Assembly (NCBI GenBank): GCA_900128565.1
Contig: LT635915.1
Span: 46,804-66,803 of the forward strand
From: Stramenopiles sp. TOSAG23-6
Taxonomy: Eukaryota
Length of the DNA stretch: 20,000 nt
Direction: 5' to 3'
In this document: in pieces, positions 18,464 to 20,000 of the stretch
Layout of the letters: each line of letters starts with the position of its first letter
Position numbering within the stretch: position 1 is the stretch's first letter
Translations under genes and position numbers: made by a program
The notes under the pieces: model-generated
Database searches by the model: none
The model's input: only the letters and a program-made list of their open reading frames with translations
What the model was told of the DNA's origin: nothing

Positions 18464-18895
18464 TCAACTTCCAAACCAGCCACTAAACCAACCAGAACTT
18501 TGTTTAGAAGATGGTTTACTCTTTTGCATTTTAGCTATTTCGGCAACAGCTGCAGCATGGGCATGTTTTGCCATATCACTCACTGGCTCAAGACTTGATT
18601 GACCAGAGTTACCTCCCGATACTTTGCCTCTTGCAACGGAAACTAAACCATCTGAAGTGGGCCTTACTGTATCATCTATTTGATCCAAAATATCCAAATC
18701 ATTTTCTACACCTAATCGCATCTTATACATTGTATAAAAATATACACAACCAACAAATCCTGCAACAGTAAATCCAACTGCAGTGTTTTTCCGAGTAAGT
18801 GACGAACTAGACGGAGTTGTTGAAACACACATCCTTTGTCGACCAACGTGACAGTAGCTATTGAGAAGCTGTTTCGATAAAACAAATCTATTCAT
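18464..18895 (-). CDS. Small single-pass mitochondrial protein, COA3/CCDC56-like cytochrome c oxidase assembly factor
   Basis: A presequence-like N-terminus is followed by RKNTAVGFTVAGFVGCVYFYTMYKM and an acidic stretch (ENDLDILDQID), resembling the COA3 pattern R.N...G......+Y.YT. Confidence 0.6.
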   Translation of the reverse strand: MNRFVLSKQLLNSYCHVGRQRMCVSTTPSSSSLTRKNTAVGFTVAGFVGCVYFYTMYKMRLGVENDLDILDQIDDTVRPTSDGLVSVARGKVSGGNSGQSSLEPVSDMAKHAHAAAVAEIAKMQKSKPSSKQSSGWFSGWFGS

Positions 18896-19059
18896 CGCAA
18901 TTACAGTCCAGAACTATGATTCAAATACAATTAATAAAAATTTGAAGGATAAATACGTTATCAGGTGCGTAGCTTTATTCGTAGAAGCTTGTAATAGTTT
19001 TACAGTGTCCTAACAAAAACAGTACGTAGTAGTAGAAGTCGTAGAGCTAAACCCTGAAG

Positions 19060-19091
19060 NNNNNNNNNNNNNNNNNNNNNNNNNNNNNNNN
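19060..19091. other. Assembly gap (32 N)
   Basis: Run of N. Contiguity across it is unverified. Confidence 1.
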
Positions 19092-19300
19092 TTCTGAGTG
19101 TTCCAACTTTTTGCTGAACGAAAGTTACCCGGTAATCTATCAAGTTTGACAAAAGTTGTAACCGAAAAAGAAACTTCTTGGAAAACAGAAGATTTTTTTT
19201 TGTGTCTCGCTCGCTCTCTTGCCGTTTGTCTTTGAATAAAAACAACTGCTCTTTTTGAATTTGATTAGATCTGGATTGGCGAGGCGTGCCATCCTATAAA

Positions 19301-20000
19301 ATGAGACTTGTTGTACTCTCTCTTGCGTCAGTTTGTGTGGCAGCATCTCCATTCAATGGACATGCAGTTCATTTGGCACATAAATTTGTACGCAAATTAA
19401 ATGGAGGGAAACCACCTCCCCCAGCTGATTGGGTTGGTGGTCCTGGACATTTTCTTGAAGGTTATGAAGTCCAAGGGCAAGATTTCCAATCATTCACTTT
19501 CGCGATTTCTTTTGATGAACCTGATGCAGCATGTGATGAAGTTCTTCAGAATGCTTTCGAATCTTGTGTGGAAGAAACACGCTGTGCAGTAGAAGAACAC
19601 TCCGACAGCTCGTCTGGTTCTTCTTCTTCAGATTCGTCTGATTCTTCTTCTTCAGATTCGTCTGGTTCTTCTTCTTCAGATTCGTCTGATTCGTCGTCTG
19701 ACAGCGAAGAGGACAAGCACCACCATGATCACGGAAAACATCCTCATCCTCATGGAAAACATCCTCATCCTCATGGAAAACATCCTCATCATCATGGAAA
19801 ACACCATCATTTCCTCTCAAAGACATGTAAGGCTGCGTATGAAAGTGCAAAGTCTTTATTACAAACTTGTGGTGAAATTGAAATAAAAAAAACTACGCTA
19901 AAAAAGCTATCTCGATCACCTCCTCGCAAAGATTTCAGAGGGGCTTCACCACCAACGTTGAAGTATAGAGATGCTTTGGTTTCACTTGAAGATAATAATA
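19301..20000 (+). CDS. 3'-partial secreted protein with a Ser/Asp tract and His-Gly-Lys-His-Pro repeats (absent from the ORF track)
   Basis: ATG 19301 follows an in-frame TGA at 19262, and the frame stays open to the window end. Translation: MRLVVLSLASVCVAASPFNGHAVHLAHKFVRKLNGGKPPPPADWVGGPGHFLEGYEVQGQDFQSFTFAISFDEPDAACDEVLQNAFESCVEETRCAVEEHSDSSSGSSSSDSSDSSSSDSSGSSSSDSSDSSSDSEEDKHHHDHGKHPHPHGKHPHPHGKHPHHHGKHHHFLSKTCKAAYESAKSLLQTCGEIEIKK... Confidence 0.88.
   Translation, partial: MRLVVLSLASVCVAASPFNGHAVHLAHKFVRKLNGGKPPPPADWVGGPGHFLEGYEVQGQDFQSFTFAISFDEPDAACDEVLQNAFESCVEETRCAVEEHSDSSSGSSSSDSSDSSSSDSSGSSSSDSSDSSSDSEEDKHHHDHGKHPHPHGKHPHPHGKHPHHHGKHHHFLSKTCKAAYESAKSLLQTCGEIEIKKTTLKKLSRSPPRKDFRGASPPTLKYRDALVSLEDNN
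19610..19692. repeat. 24-bp coding minisatellite, about 3.5 copies (SS[G/D]SSSSD)
   Basis: TCGTCTG[G/A]TTCTTCTTCTTCAGAT starts at 19610, 19634 and 19658, with a partial copy at 19682. The G/A variant alternates between copies. Confidence 0.95.
19730..19810. repeat. 21-bp coding minisatellite, about 4 copies (HGKHPHP)
   Basis: CA[C/T]GGAAAACATCCTCATC[C/A]T starts at 19730, 19751 and 19772, with a degenerate copy at 19793. Confidence 0.95.

Noticed and set aside
2255..18466. No TAG among 11 stop codons (8 TAA, 3 TGA), suggesting an alternative genetic code
   Set aside because: No conserved gene contains an in-frame TAG, the sample is small, and AT bias favours TAA.
2808..18771. Numerous 60-150 aa ORFs overlapping the main genes or spacers (e.g. 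3480..3809, 5278..5661, 6796..7014, 9235..9690, 18368..18598)
   Set aside because: They are antisense or alternate-frame shadows of well-supported genes with no motifs of their own.
19047..19058. CTAAACCCTGAA telomere/telo-box-like sequence next to the gap
   Set aside because: It is under two repeat units and has genes on both sides, so it is compatible with chance.
19610..19810. Short direct repeats as a possible CRISPR array
   Set aside because: The units are head-to-tail with no spacers and have lengths that are multiples of 3 inside a coding frame. The context is eukaryotic and there are no cas genes.
19494..19850. Minus-strand 118-aa ORF with HEDEDVF and NQTNLKKK repeats
   Set aside because: It is the antisense shadow of the two minisatellites. 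The + frame from 19301 is longer and begins with a signal-peptide-like sequence.

Overview
Gene-dense, AT-rich, intron-poor eukaryotic nuclear DNA, probably from a flagellated protist. A stramenopile-like origin is inferred from the Rab8 N-terminus, an ODA-DC3 homologue and oomycete-like INR/FPR promoter motifs. I find 12 protein-coding genes: (1) a 5'-truncated PAN/apple + sulfotransferase, (2) COX11, (3) an RluA/RPUSD2-type pseudouridine synthase, (4) a fold-type III PLP enzyme of the DSD1/D-threonine aldolase family, (5) a 1002-aa coiled-coil IQ protein, (6) an ODA-DC3-like EF-hand protein, (7) Rab8 with one intron, (8) a FIST-like + LON-domain protein, (9) a UCP-like mitochondrial carrier with one intron, (10) a probably secreted Cys-repeat protein, (11) a COA3-like small protein, and (12) a 3'-truncated secreted protein after a 32-N gap. 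The ORF track missed gene 12, which has a Ser/Asp tract directly followed by His-Gly-Lys-His-Pro repeats. I saw no RNA genes, CRISPR arrays or mobile elements. The best leads are gene 12 (a biomineralisation or metal-binding candidate), the bacterial-looking and probably mitochondrion-targeted D-amino-acid enzyme, the FIST-LON fusion, and strict strand alternation with a shared core-promoter motif. All family calls come from motifs recognised by eye; no searches were run.
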